Assembly (NCBI GenBank): GCA_964291495.2
Contig: OZ219872.1
Span: 704,001-768,000 of the forward strand
Source: Dehalococcoidia bacterium
GTDB lineage: Bacteria > Chloroflexota > Dehalococcoidia > UBA2979
Direction of reading: 5' to 3'
DNA: 64,000 nucleotides
The notes under the pieces were generated by a model. That model did no database searches. It was not told where the DNA came from and saw only the letters and a program-made list of their open reading frames with translations. Positions within the stretch are counted from its first letter, which is position 1, and each line of letters begins with the position of its first letter. Below, one piece after another: positions 1 through 10,555 of the stretch. The translations under genes were made by a program, and so were the position numbers.

Positions 1-688
1 GCATCGCCGCCGCGTCCACCAGCACGTGTTCGAGCTCGACGTCGGGGTACTCGGGCCGTACCTCCTCGACCACCTCGCGCCAGAGCCGCGAGGTCTCGAG
101 GATGTTCGCCTTGTCCACGCTCGTCACGCGGCCGCGCCGCGCGCGCGCCAGTTGGAAGCCGAGGTGCGCGACGCGCGCGATCTCGTCCTCGTCGTAGGTC
201 ATCGAGTCGACCGCCGCGCGGCGGCCCTCCGGTGTGCGCCGCCGCTCCTGAGGCCGGCCGAAGTAGATGCCGCTCGTCAGCTCGCGGATCACGAGGATGT
301 CGACGCCGCGCAGCACCTCGGGCTTGAGCGTTGAGCTGTCGATCAGCGCCGGGTCGACCGTGACCGGGCGCAGGTTCGCCCAGAGGCCGAGCGCGGAGCG
401 CAGCGCCAGCAGGCCCTGCTCCGGGCGCACGCTGGCGCGCGGGTCGTCCCACTTCGGGCCACCGACGGCGCCCCAGAGCACCGCGTCGGCGCGCTCGGCC
501 GCCTCGATCGTCTCGGGCAGGATCGCGATGCCGTGCGCGTCGATGCAGGCGCCGCCGACCAGCTCCTCGCTCGTGCGGAAGTCGTGGCCGAAGCGCGCGC
601 CGATCGCTTCGAGGGCGCGCACGCCCTCGGCGGTCACTTCCGGCCCGATGCCATCGCCCGGCAGTACGAGGATGTCGAACTCGGCCAC
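1..688 (-). CDS. leuB: 3-isopropylmalate dehydrogenase (3' end runs off the window)
   Basis: Not in the ORF track. Manual translation from GTG at 688 gives MAEFDILVLPGDGIGPEV, later LWGAVGGPKWD and VRELTSGIYFG. SD AAGGAGGA at 693-700; lies downstream of leuCD. Confidence 0.95.
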   Translation of the reverse strand, partial: MAEFDILVLPGDGIGPEVTAEGVRALEAIGARFGHDFRTSEELVGGACIDAHGIAILPETIEAAERADAVLWGAVGGPKWDDPRASVRPEQGLLALRSALGLWANLRPVTVDPALIDSSTLKPEVLRGVDILVIRELTSGIYFGRPQERRRTPEGRRAAVDSMTYDEDEIARVAHLGFQLARARRGRVTSVDKANILETSRLWREVVEEVRPEYPDVELEHVLVDAAAM

Positions 689-730
689 GCCGTCCTCCTT
701 GCGCGCGGGCGGAGTGTAGCGCGGGGCGGG

Positions 731-1627
731 CTAGCGTCTATCGCGCCGCGTGGCGGCGGCGGCTTTCGCGGCGATGACACGCATGCCCGCGCGCGGATCG
801 GGTTGGCCACCGAGGTCGACGTCGAAACGGACCTGCCAGACCGGTAGCGCTTCAACGTAGAACGCGGCGCGGCGGCGCATGTCGGGGTCACGGCTCGCCG
901 GGCCGCCATACGCGGCGATCACCTGCTCGGCGAAGGCACGCGGGCACTCGGCGATCAGCGCCGCGAAGTCGTACGCGGGATCGGCGATCCGCGCCTCGGC
1001 CCAGTCGATCACACCCGTCAGCCTTCCGGCCCCGCTCGCCAGCAGGTGACTGCACGCCAGATCCCCGTGCACGAGCACGCGCGGGGCTCCGCGCGAGCCG
1101 CCGCCCTCGGTGAACGCGGCGAAGCGCCGCTCGAGCCATGCGCGCCCGCGCGGCCCGAGGCGTGGAAGGGACGCCTCGATCATCGGACGGTACAGCTCCT
1201 CGCCGAGGTCGATCTCTGGTACGCCCGGCGCGCGCGCCTCCTCGACGGGCACGGCGTGCAGCGTCGTCAGCATCGCGGCTACCTCGCGCGCGAGCGCCGC
1301 CCGCGCCGTGCGGCCGAGGGCGCCGACCGTGACGCCCTCGACGTAGTCGTAGGAGACGGCTGCGAGCCGCCCTTCGTCGCTGAGGATTGCCTCGGAGTTG
1401 GCGGGCGTGGGGATGCCCCGGCCCGCAAGCATGGCGTACAACGCGGGCTCGCGCGCGTAGCCCGCCTCGATGCTCCAAGCGTAGGCTCGCGGATTGAGCA
1501 CGCGGACGGTGCGGTCGCCGAGGCGGTAGGCGGTGGCGCCCCAGCCCTCGCCGATGACGCGCCCGCTCGCGGGGTCGGCGCCGGGAACGGCGCGGGCGAG
1601 GACGGCGGCGTGGTCGGGCGTGGTCAG
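731..1627 (-). CDS. Aminoglycoside phosphotransferase (APH/choline kinase-like) family protein
   Basis: Brenner-like HGDLACSHLL and GVIDWAEA..ADPAYD motifs. The frame extends 5' of the tracked GTG (1501) through a kinase-like IGEGWGATAYRL loop to a CTG overlapping the leuD stop; start uncertain. Confidence 0.8.
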   Translation of the reverse strand: MTTPDHAAVLARAVPGADPASGRVIGEGWGATAYRLGDRTVRVLNPRAYAWSIEAGYAREPALYAMLAGRGIPTPANSEAILSDEGRLAAVSYDYVEGVTVGALGRTARAALAREVAAMLTTLHAVPVEEARAPGVPEIDLGEELYRPMIEASLPRLGPRGRAWLERRFAAFTEGGGSRGAPRVLVHGDLACSHLLASGAGRLTGVIDWAEARIADPAYDFAALIAECPRAFAEQVIAAYGGPASRDPDMRRRAAFYVEALPVWQVRFDVDLGGQPDPRAGMRVIAAKAAAATRRDRR

Positions 1628-2220
1628 TCCGCCGTCACCGTGGGCAGCAGCGGCGATCGCGACTGCTCGAAGCGCTCGACGTCGGCCTCGTACTCGAGCG
1701 TCATCCCGATGTCGTCGAGGCCGCGCAGCAGGCGGTACTTGCGGAACGCGTCGATCTCGAAGCTGCGCTCCCAGCCGGGGCCGGCACGCACCATCTGCGT
1801 CTCGAGGTCAACCTCGATCTCCGCGTCGGGCGTCTCCTCGGCGCGCGCCATCAGCCAGTCGACGTCCTCCTGCGCCAGCTCCACCGTCAGGACGCCGCCC
1901 TGGAAGCAGTTGTTCTTGAAGATGTCGGCGAAGGAGGGCGCGATCAGCGCGCTCACGCCGAGGCCCTGGATCGCCCACACCGCGTGCTCGCGGCTGGAGC
2001 CGGAGCCGAGGTTCTGCTGCGCGATCAGGATCGGCGCGCCCTCGTAGGCCGGGTTGTTGAGCACGAAGTCGGGGTCGGCGCGCCAGGCCTCGAAGGCGAA
2101 CGGGCCGTAGCCCGTGCGCTCGATGCGCTTGAGGTACTTGGCGGGAATGATCTGGTCGGTGTCGACGTTGGCGCGGTTGAGCGGGATCGCCTTCCCGACG
2201 ACGCGGCTGACGGGGTCCAT
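1624..2220 (-). CDS. leuD: 3-isopropylmalate dehydratase small subunit
   Basis: NVDTDQIIPAKYLK, NLGSGSSREHAVWA, SFADIF; ATG at 2220 overlaps the leuC stop (TGATG). Confidence 0.96.
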   Translation of the reverse strand: MDPVSRVVGKAIPLNRANVDTDQIIPAKYLKRIERTGYGPFAFEAWRADPDFVLNNPAYEGAPILIAQQNLGSGSSREHAVWAIQGLGVSALIAPSFADIFKNNCFQGGVLTVELAQEDVDWLMARAEETPDAEIEVDLETQMVRAGPGWERSFEIDAFRKYRLLRGLDDIGMTLEYEADVERFEQSRSPLLPTVTAD

Positions 2221-3674
2221 CAGGCCAGCTCCCTCACATCGACGAAGCGGCCGGCGATCGCCGCCGCCGCCGCCATCGGCGGGCTCACCAGGTGCGTGCG
2301 GCCGCCCGGCCCCTGCCGGCCCTCGAAGTTGCGGTTGGAGGTGGAGGCGCAGCGCTCGCCCGGCAGCAGGATGTCCGGGTTCATGCCGAGGCACATCGAG
2401 CAACCGGCGTCGCGCCACTCGAAACCCGCCGCCGTGAAGATCGCGTCGAGGCCCTCCTGCTCCGCCTGCGCCTTCACGAGGCCGGAGCCGGGCACGACCA
2501 TCGCGTGCACGCTCGATGCGACCTGCTTGCCCTCGACGATGCTCGCCGCCGCGCGCAGGTCGTCGATGCGCGCGTTCGTGCAAGAGCCGAGGAACACGCG
2601 GTCGATCGCGATCTCGCGGATCGGCGTGCCGGCCTCGAGGTCCATGTACTCCAGCGCGCGCGTCGCCGCCTCGCGGCGGCTCGGCTCGTCGAAGCTCGAC
2701 GGGTCGGGCACCACGTCGCCGATCTGGACGCTCTGTCCGGGGTTCGTGCCCCAGGTGACGAAGGGCTCGATCGCCGCGCCGTCGAGGACGACCTCGCGGT
2801 CGAAGCGCGCGCCCTCGTCGGTGGGCAGGGTGCGCCAGTACTCAACCGCCTGCTCCCAGGCCTCGCCCTGCGGGGCGCGGGGGCGGCCCTTCACGTACTC
2901 GAAGGTGGTCTCGTCCGGGGCGATCAGGCCGGCGCGCGCGCCGCCCTCGATCGACATGTTGCAGACCGTCATGCGGCCTTCCATCGAGAGGCTGCGGATC
3001 ACCTCGCCGCGGTACTCGATGACGTAGCCGACGCCGCCGTCGACGCCGATCTCGTTGATGATCGCGAGGATCACGTCCTTCGCCATGACGCCGGGGCCGA
3101 GCTGCCCCGTGACCTCGACCGACATCGTCAGCGGGCGCGACTGGCGCAGCGTCTGCGTCGCCAGCACGTGCTCGACCTCGGACGTGCCGATGCCAAAGGC
3201 GAGCGCGCCGAAGGCGCCGTGCGTCGAGGTGTGGCTATCGCCGCAGACGATGGTCAAGCCCGGCTGGGTCACGCCCTGCTCCGGCCCGATCACGTGCACG
3301 ATGCCCTGGCGCGTGTCGAAGATGCCGTACAGCTCCAGCCCGAACTCGCGGCAGTTGTCGGACATCACCTGGATCTGCGTCGCCGAGAGCGGATCCGGGT
3401 TCGGCTGGTCCCGCCCGATCGTCGGCACGTTGTGGTCGACGGTCGCGAGCGTGAGGTCCGGGCGGCGCACCGTGCGGCCGGACAGGCGCAGCCCCTCGAA
3501 GGCCTGCGGCGAGGTCACCTCGTGCACGAGGTGCAGGTCGATGTAGAGCAGGTCGGCCTGCGGGCCCGCGTCCGCCTCGGCGCCGAGCGCCTCGCGGCGG
3601 GCGGCGTCGGCGAGCGGACTCTCGACGACGTGCGCGTCCCAGATCTTCTCGGACAGCGTGCGCGGCTCGGTCAT
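2220..3674 (-). CDS. leuC: 3-isopropylmalate dehydratase large subunit
   Basis: [48 protein letters not shown]. Confidence 0.97.
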   Translation of the reverse strand: MTEPRTLSEKIWDAHVVESPLADAARREALGAEADAGPQADLLYIDLHLVHEVTSPQAFEGLRLSGRTVRRPDLTLATVDHNVPTIGRDQPNPDPLSATQIQVMSDNCREFGLELYGIFDTRQGIVHVIGPEQGVTQPGLTIVCGDSHTSTHGAFGALAFGIGTSEVEHVLATQTLRQSRPLTMSVEVTGQLGPGVMAKDVILAIINEIGVDGGVGYVIEYRGEVIRSLSMEGRMTVCNMSIEGGARAGLIAPDETTFEYVKGRPRAPQGEAWEQAVEYWRTLPTDEGARFDREVVLDGAAIEPFVTWGTNPGQSVQIGDVVPDPSSFDEPSRREAATRALEYMDLEAGTPIREIAIDRVFLGSCTNARIDDLRAAASIVEGKQVASSVHAMVVPGSGLVKAQAEQEGLDAIFTAAGFEWRDAGCSMCLGMNPDILLPGERCASTSNRNFEGRQGPGGRTHLVSPPMAAAAAIAGRFVDVRELA

Positions 3675-3744
3675 CCGTACTCCCGTCTCCTGCAGCGCCG
3701 CCCATTCTACGAGCCAACGCTTGACTGCCGCAGCGCACTCCCTC

Positions 3745-3875
3745 CGGTCCCCTCTCCCCGAGGGAGAGGGTTAGGGTGAGGGCGCCTCCGACGCCACGTT
3801 GCGCCATCGGGGGTCTCGGGGTGGGCGGTAGGCCTCCCCCTCACCCCCGCCCTCTCCCCAAGGAGAGGGGCCGGC
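3745..3875. repeat. Inverted pair of BoxC-like palindromic repeats
   Basis: CCCCTCTCCCCGAGGGAGAGGGTTAGGGTGAGGG followed by an opposite-orientation copy CCCTCACCCCCGCCCTCTCCCAAGGAGAGGGG. Confidence 0.85.
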
Positions 3876-3901
3876 TTCTCACTCCCGTCCGGCCGCCGGA
3901 G

Positions 3902-5443
3902 CTAGCTCACCGCCGCGGCCTGCGGCGTGGTCGTGTTGAGGTAGCGGTTGAGCGCGTGCATGTAAGCGCGCGCCGAGGCCACGAGGATGTCCGTGTCGGC
4001 GGCGCGGCCCGTGTAGGTGCGACTCCCCACCTCGATCCGGATCGTGACCTCGCCGACGGCGTCGATGCCCTCGGTCACGGACTTCACGCTGAACTCCGTC
4101 AGCTCGTTCTCGACGCCCATCACGCGGTTGATCGCCTGGTAGATCGCGTCCACCGGGCCGGTCCCGATGGCGGCGTCCTGCTGCAACTCGCCCTCGGGGT
4201 CCACCAGCCGCACCGTCGCCGTCGGGGAGGAGTGGTCGCCCGCCGAGACCTGCACGAGGTCGAGCTGCCACTGCTCGCGGACCTGCACCTGCGCCTGCTC
4301 GCTGAGGATCGCCTGCAGGTCGCGGTCATCCACCTCGTCCTTGCGGTCGGCGACGTCCTTGAACGCCTCGTAGACGCGGTCGAGCGCCTCGTCGTCGAGG
4401 TCCACGCCGAGGTCGGCGATGCGCGAGCGCAGGCCGTGGCGGCCGGAGACCTTGGTCAGCACGATCGAGTCGCCCGTGGGGATGCCGATGTCGGCCGGGT
4501 CCATGATCTCGTAGGTCTCGCGCAGCTTGAGCACGCCGTCCTGGTGGATGCCCGAGGAGTGGCGGAAGGCGTTCTTGCCGACCACCGCCTTGTTGGACTG
4601 CACCGCCATGCCCGAGACGCGCTCGACGATGCGGCTCGCCTGGTGCAGCTCGGGCGTGTTGACGTCCGTGTGGAGGCCGGCGAAGTCGGCGCGGGTCTTG
4701 ATCGCCATGATCACCTCCTCGAGAGAGGTGTTGCCCGCGCGCTCGCCGATGCCGTTGATCGCGCCTTCCACCTGGCGCGCTCCGTTGAGCACGCCCGACA
4801 GCGAGTTCGCCGTCGCCAGCCCGAGGTCGTTGTGGCAGTGCACGGAGATGCGCGCCTTGTCGATGTTCCGCACGTTCGCCGCCACCGAGGCGATCAGGTC
4901 GCCGAATTCAGGCGGCAGCGCATAGCCGACCGTGTCCGGGATGTTGACCGTCGTCGCGCCCTCCTCGATCGCCGCCTCGAGCAGCTGGTAGACGAAGTCC
5001 GAGTCGGAGCGCGTGGCGTCCATCGGCGAGAACTCGACGTCCGGGCAGTAGCCGGCGGCGCGCGCGACGGCGGCGCGCGCCATCTCCATCACGTCCTCGC
5101 GGTTCTTGCGCAGCTGGTGCGCCATGTGGATCTCGCTGGCCGAGATGAAGACGTGGATCCGAGGCGTCTCCGCCTGCGAGACCGCGTTCCAGCACGAGTC
5201 CACGTCGTCCGGGTGCGCCCGCGCGAGGCCCGCGATCATCGGGCCGCGCACCTCGCGTGCGATCAGCGAGACGGCCTCGAAGTCCCCCGGCGAGGAGAAC
5301 GGGAAGCCCGCCTCGATGATGTCCACGTTGAGGCGGGCGAGCTGCCGCGCCACCTCGAGTTTGTCCTCGATCGTGAAGCCCACGCCGGCGGATTGCTCGC
5401 CGTCGCGGAGCGTGGTGTCGAAGATATAGACCTTGTCGCTCAT
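3902..5443 (-). CDS. leuA: 2-isopropylmalate synthase
   Basis: DTTLRDGEQS, HCHNDLG, GIGERAGN, HSSGIHQDGVLK and a C-terminal regulatory domain (GTGPVDA). Confidence 0.96.
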   Translation of the reverse strand: MSDKVYIFDTTLRDGEQSAGVGFTIEDKLEVARQLARLNVDIIEAGFPFSSPGDFEAVSLIAREVRGPMIAGLARAHPDDVDSCWNAVSQAETPRIHVFISASEIHMAHQLRKNREDVMEMARAAVARAAGYCPDVEFSPMDATRSDSDFVYQLLEAAIEEGATTVNIPDTVGYALPPEFGDLIASVAANVRNIDKARISVHCHNDLGLATANSLSGVLNGARQVEGAINGIGERAGNTSLEEVIMAIKTRADFAGLHTDVNTPELHQASRIVERVSGMAVQSNKAVVGKNAFRHSSGIHQDGVLKLRETYEIMDPADIGIPTGDSIVLTKVSGRHGLRSRIADLGVDLDDEALDRVYEAFKDVADRKDEVDDRDLQAILSEQAQVQVREQWQLDLVQVSAGDHSSPTATVRLVDPEGELQQDAAIGTGPVDAIYQAINRVMGVENELTEFSVKSVTEGIDAVGEVTIRIEVGSRTYTGRAADTDILVASARAYMHALNRYLNTTTPQAAAVS

Positions 5444-5531
5444 CGTTCCGTCACTGTCCTCACCCGTGCCGCTGCTGCTCGTGCGGGCGTTCCGTCGTCA
5501 CGCCCTCGCTCTCCGGAGCCCTCCCAGCCGC

Positions 5532-5624
5532 TCACGCGGCGGAGGGCCGGAGAAGCATGAGGCCGCCCGGTAGGGCGAGGGCGGCGCGGACGCCACCGGC
5601 GGACGCGAGGACGAGAGAGGACAT
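5532..5624 (-). promoter_or_regulatory. Putative Leu-rich leader ORF with overlapping hairpin upstream of leuA
   Basis: MSSLVLASAGGVRAALALPGGLMLLRPSAA (7 Leu of 30, including CTA and CTT codons) starts 2 nt after the ilvC stop. A long GTGA-loop hairpin (5510-5553) covers its last codons. Confidence 0.55.
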
Positions 5625-5626
5625 CG

Positions 5627-6625
<999 letters not shown>

Positions 6626-6692
6626 GTCTCGTCCTCTCCGCGCCGCGCTCCCGACTGGCCCGGGTGGCCGGCGTCGCCCGCTCCGCGGGCCG

Positions 6693-7283
6693 CTAGTCGC
6701 TTACGTACGGCAGCTCGCCCGCCGGCCGGCGGCCGGAGCTGTGGCGGAAGCGCTGCAACTCCTCGGACTCCGGGTCGTGCACGGCGGTGGTCTGGTCGCC
6801 CCGCAGCATCGCGATCCGGCCCGTGCGGGTCAGCTCGAGGATCCCGTACGGCTCGAGGTTCTCGATCAGCGAGTTGAACTGCCGCTCCTCCGCGACGATC
6901 TGGATGATCAGGCTGCCCGGCGCGACGTCCACCGCGCGCGCCCGGAAGATGTCGACCAGGTCCAGCACCTCGCGGCGCTGCTCCGTAGTGCACGCCACCT
7001 TGATCAGCGCCAGCTCGCGGATCACCGCGTCCTCGCCGGTCAGGTCGGCGACCTCGACCACGTCGATCAGCTTCGCGAGCTGCTTCTGCACCTGGTCGAC
7101 GATGCCGTTCTCGCTCGCGACGACGATCGTCATGCGCGAGATGCCCGGCTCCTCGGTGGTGCCGACGGCGAGCGAGTCGATGTTGAAGCCGCGCCGGCGG
7201 AACAGCGAAGCGACGCGGTTGAGGACGCCGGGGCGGTCCTCGACGAGCGCGACGACGGTGTGCTTGCGCAGTTCGCCGCTCAT
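6693..7283 (-). CDS. ilvN: Acetolactate synthase small (regulatory ACT) subunit
   Basis: [40 protein letters not shown]; ATG at 7283 overlaps the ilvB stop (ATGA). Confidence 0.95.
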   Translation of the reverse strand: MSGELRKHTVVALVEDRPGVLNRVASLFRRRGFNIDSLAVGTTEEPGISRMTIVVASENGIVDQVQKQLAKLIDVVEVADLTGEDAVIRELALIKVACTTEQRREVLDLVDIFRARAVDVAPGSLIIQIVAEERQFNSLIENLEPYGILELTRTGRIAMLRGDQTTAVHDPESEELQRFRHSSGRRPAGELPYVSD

Positions 7284-8983
7284 CGGGCCACCTCGCTCGG
7301 GGTCTCGGGGCGGGGCGCCTCGACGGTCTCGGAGAGCGCCGAGCCGGCGGGGACCATCGGCCAGACGTTGCCCTCGGCCTCCACCTGGAAGTCGACGAGG
7401 ACGGGGCCGTCGTGGTCGTTGGCCTCCTCGATGGCGCCGTCGATCTTGTCGGCGTCGGTGACGCGCAGCGCCTTGACGCCGTACGCCTCGCCGAGCTTGA
7501 CGAAGTCGGGCTGGCTGATCGCGACGGCGACGTAGTTGTCCTCGTAGAACAGCTCCTGCCACTGGCGGACCATGCCGAGGTAGCCGTTGTTGATGATCGC
7601 CATCTTCACCGGCAGGTTCTCGTCCACCATCGTCGCCAGCTCCTGCAGCGTCATCTGGAAGCCGCCGTCGCCGCAGATCGACCAGACCAGCGCGTCCGGC
7701 TTTGCCACCTGCGCGCCCATCGCTGCGGGAACCTCGAAGCCCATCGTGCCGAGGCCGCCCGATGTGATCAGCTGGTGCGGGTAGCTGAAGCGCATGTGCT
7801 GCGCGGCCCACATCTGGTGCTGGCCGACGCCGGTGACGATCACCGTCTCGTCGTCGCAGCGCTCGGAGATGCGCTTGATCACGCCCTGCGAGGTCATCTG
7901 CGGCCCGCTCGGGATCGCCATCGAGTGCGAGTGGTCGTCACGCACCTCGTCGATCCAGCGGATCCAGTCGAGGTGCGAGCGCTGCCGCGTCGCATCACGC
8001 AGTTGCGGCAGCACGTCCTTGACGTCGCCGAGGATCGGGACGGCGGTCGGCAGGTTCTTGCCGTGCTCGCCGGGGTCGACGTCGACGTGGATCAGCTTGG
8101 CGTGGTGATTGAAGTCGTTGAAGCGACCGATCGCGCGGTCGTCCATGCGGTTGCCGATGCCGATCACGAGGTCGGCGTTGGAGGCGGCCATGTTCGCCTC
8201 GTAGGAGCCGTGCATGCCCATCATCCCGTAGGAGAGGACGTGCGTGCGCGGGATGCTGCCGAGGCCGAGCAGCGTGTTGAGCACCGGGATGCCGGTGTGC
8301 TCGGCGAACTGCCGCAGCTCTTCCCAGGCCTCGCCGAGGATCACGCCGTGACCGGCGATGATCAGCGGTCGCTCGGCAGTGTCGATCAGCTCGGCCGCGC
8401 GAGCGATGTCGGCCTCGTCAGCGGCGCCGGGGAGGTGGTAGCCGCGGACGGAGACCTCCTCCGGCCAGACGAACTCGGCCTCGTCGATGAAGACATCCTT
8501 CGGGATGTCGATGTGAACCGGGCCGGGCCGGCCGGTGGTCGCGAGGTAGGCGGCCTCGGCGAAGGTGTGCGCGAGGTTCTCGGTGTGCATGACGAGGTAG
8601 TTGTGCTTGACGCAGGGCGTCAGGATGCCGGTCGCGTCGGCCTCCTGGAACCCGTCCCGGCCGATCAGGTTGCGCGCGACGTTGCCGGTCACGAACAGCG
8701 TCGGCACCGAGTCCATCATCGCGTTCTGGACCGCCGTGACGAGGTTCGTCGCGCCCGGCCCGGAGGTGGCGAGGGCGCAGCCGAGGCGTCCCGCGGCGCG
8801 GGCGTAGCCGTCGGCGGCGTGGCCGCCGCCCTGCTCGTGGCGCACCAGGATGTGGCGCACCTCGGGGTGGGCGGGCCAGCGGTCGTAGAGCGGGAGGACG
8901 ACCCCGCCGGGGTAGCCGAATACGGTGTCGATGCCCACGCGCTTCAGACTCTCGAGGACGATATCGGCGCCGCTCATTCTCAT
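7280..8983 (-). CDS. ilvB: Acetolactate synthase large subunit
   Basis: FGYPGG, RHEQ, TSGPGATN, VGQHQMW, TPP motif GDGGFQMT...NN. Confidence 0.97.
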   Translation of the reverse strand: MRMSGADIVLESLKRVGIDTVFGYPGGVVLPLYDRWPAHPEVRHILVRHEQGGGHAADGYARAAGRLGCALATSGPGATNLVTAVQNAMMDSVPTLFVTGNVARNLIGRDGFQEADATGILTPCVKHNYLVMHTENLAHTFAEAAYLATTGRPGPVHIDIPKDVFIDEAEFVWPEEVSVRGYHLPGAADEADIARAAELIDTAERPLIIAGHGVILGEAWEELRQFAEHTGIPVLNTLLGLGSIPRTHVLSYGMMGMHGSYEANMAASNADLVIGIGNRMDDRAIGRFNDFNHHAKLIHVDVDPGEHGKNLPTAVPILGDVKDVLPQLRDATRQRSHLDWIRWIDEVRDDHSHSMAIPSGPQMTSQGVIKRISERCDDETVIVTGVGQHQMWAAQHMRFSYPHQLITSGGLGTMGFEVPAAMGAQVAKPDALVWSICGDGGFQMTLQELATMVDENLPVKMAIINNGYLGMVRQWQELFYEDNYVAVAISQPDFVKLGEAYGVKALRVTDADKIDGAIEEANDHDGPVLVDFQVEAEGNVWPMVPAGSALSETVEAPRPETPSEVAR

Positions 8984-9101
8984 CGTGGGTTCCGTCTCTT
9001 CCGCTTCGGGCGATTCGCGCTGTGTTGGGTGTGGTTGTTGTGAACGACCGGCAGCCCGTCACGCGGGCTGATTGGCGGCGCGACCTCGGTGGCGGCGCCG
9101 C

Positions 9102-9197
9102 CTAGCGCAGTACGAGCAGGAGGACAAGCAGGCGCGTTGAGGCGGCGACGGCCACGCGCCATTCGGGCAGGTGTGGTCTGGGGAGTGTTGCCCTCAT
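9102..9197 (-). promoter_or_regulatory. Putative ilv leader peptide (attenuator uORF)
   Basis: ATG 9197 to TAG 9102 encodes MRATLPRPHLPEWRVAVAASTRLLVLLLVLR, with eight consecutive Leu/Val codons. Followed by hairpins at 9074-9102 and 9052-9070. Confidence 0.75.
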
Positions 9198-9207
9198 AAC
9201 AGCGGAC

Positions 9208-9237
9208 AGTATCCGCGCGCCCCGCACGCAGCGTCAA
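9208..9237 (-). promoter_or_regulatory. Sigma70-type promoter for the ilv leader/operon
   Basis: TTGACG (9237-9232), 18 nt spacer, GATACT (9213-9208), 10 nt before the leader ATG. Confidence 0.55.
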
Positions 9238-9317
9238 CAGCGCGTGATGCGACTCACAAGCAGGCTGGCGCGTGGGACATGCCGTGGAAGTGCAGCGATG
9301 GCAGGCATCGAGCCCCC

Positions 9318-10508
9318 TTACGGCCGCCCGTAGCGCCGCCGCGTGATCGAGCGCGCGAGGGCGCCGAGGGGGTGCACGATGTGCGCGAAGGGGCCACCCG
9401 TGCGCACCACGTCGGCGTACGTCTCGTCGCCGCGGATCAGCTTCGCGCAGTGGGTCCAGACGCGGCTCGATCGCTGCAACGCCCAGATGAACGGCGGCGG
9501 GTAGAGGTAGAAGACCTCCATCAGACCCTTTGAGATCGCGATCTCGGGCAGCAGGTCGCGCTCCATGAGCTGCTGGTAGTCGCGCATCGAGTCGCGCTCG
9601 CCTCGCAGGTAGTCGTGCGCGACCGGCGCGACCGCGGCTCCCGAGGAGATCGCGGCGAGGATGCCCTCGCCCGAGAGCGGGTCGATCAGGCCCGCCGCGT
9701 CGCCGATCAGCGCCGACCCGCCGGCCGCGAGCGCGCTGCCGCCACGCCGCATCGGCAGGTGGTGCCCGCGCAGCGACTCGAGGCGGTCCGGGTCGATGCC
9801 GTAGTCGCGACACAGCGCGTCGAGCTGCCGGCGCAGATCGCCGGCGGTGGCCTTCCAGCACCCGACGCCGACGTTGACGTGGTCCTCCTTCGGGAACAGC
9901 CAACCGTACCCGCCGGTCATCGCGCCGAGCTGCAGCACCACGTTGCCGCGCAGCCACTCCGGCACGCCGTCCGGACACGGGAAGTTGCCCTCGAGGCCGA
10001 CCCCGCTCTCCTCGGCGTGCTCGTAGCCGAGCGAGGAGCCGACGACGCCGTTCGCACCGTCCGCGCCGATCACGACGCGCGCGCGGTGCAGCTCCGGCGC
10101 GGCGCCGTTGCCGGCGCTGACCTCGTAGCTGCCGTCGCCCTGGCGCATCACCTGGCGCACGCGCTGCCCGTCGCGGAACTCGGAGCCCGCCTCCTGCGCG
10201 CGCTCGACGAGGAAGTGGTCGAGGCGGCTGCGCTGCGTGATGTAGGTCAGCGGCTCGTCGTGACGGAGGGAGACGCGGTGGCCGCGGCGCATCTGGATCA
10301 CCGCGCCGTAGACGACGTCCTCGACGACGGGTTCGAGCGAGAAGGGCAGGAGCGCGTCGCAGCGCACGGTGACGCCGCCGCCGCACGGCTTGTCGCGAGG
10401 GAAGCGCGCGCGGTCGAGCAACAGCGTGTCGATGCCGCGCTGCGCCAGCTCGCGGGCGGCGGTGCTGCCGGCCGGGCCGGCTCCGACGACGATCGCCTCG
10501 ACATCCAC
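9318..10508 (-). CDS. Geranylgeranyl reductase family FAD-dependent oxidoreductase
   Basis: VGAGPAGS, FPRDKPCGGG, GYGWLFP, GDAAGLIDPLSGEGI. Confidence 0.9.
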   Translation of the reverse strand: MDVEAIVVGAGPAGSTAARELAQRGIDTLLLDRARFPRDKPCGGGVTVRCDALLPFSLEPVVEDVVYGAVIQMRRGHRVSLRHDEPLTYITQRSRLDHFLVERAQEAGSEFRDGQRVRQVMRQGDGSYEVSAGNGAAPELHRARVVIGADGANGVVGSSLGYEHAEESGVGLEGNFPCPDGVPEWLRGNVVLQLGAMTGGYGWLFPKEDHVNVGVGCWKATAGDLRRQLDALCRDYGIDPDRLESLRGHHLPMRRGGSALAAGGSALIGDAAGLIDPLSGEGILAAISSGAAVAPVAHDYLRGERDSMRDYQQLMERDLLPEIAISKGLMEVFYLYPPPFIWALQRSSRVWTHCAKLIRGDETYADVVRTGGPFAHIVHPLGALARSITRRRYGRP

Positions 10509-10555
10509 GCGCGGATGCTACTCCCGGTCGCCGTTGCGGTCAGGCGCGCGGCGGC

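Noticed and set aside
731-1627. Bona fide aminoglycoside resistance gene
   Set aside because: Only superfamily motifs are visible; the substrate cannot be inferred.
8984-9317. T-box riboswitch upstream of ilvB
   Set aside because: No T-box motif or U-tract terminator was seen; the Leu/Val uORF explains the region better.
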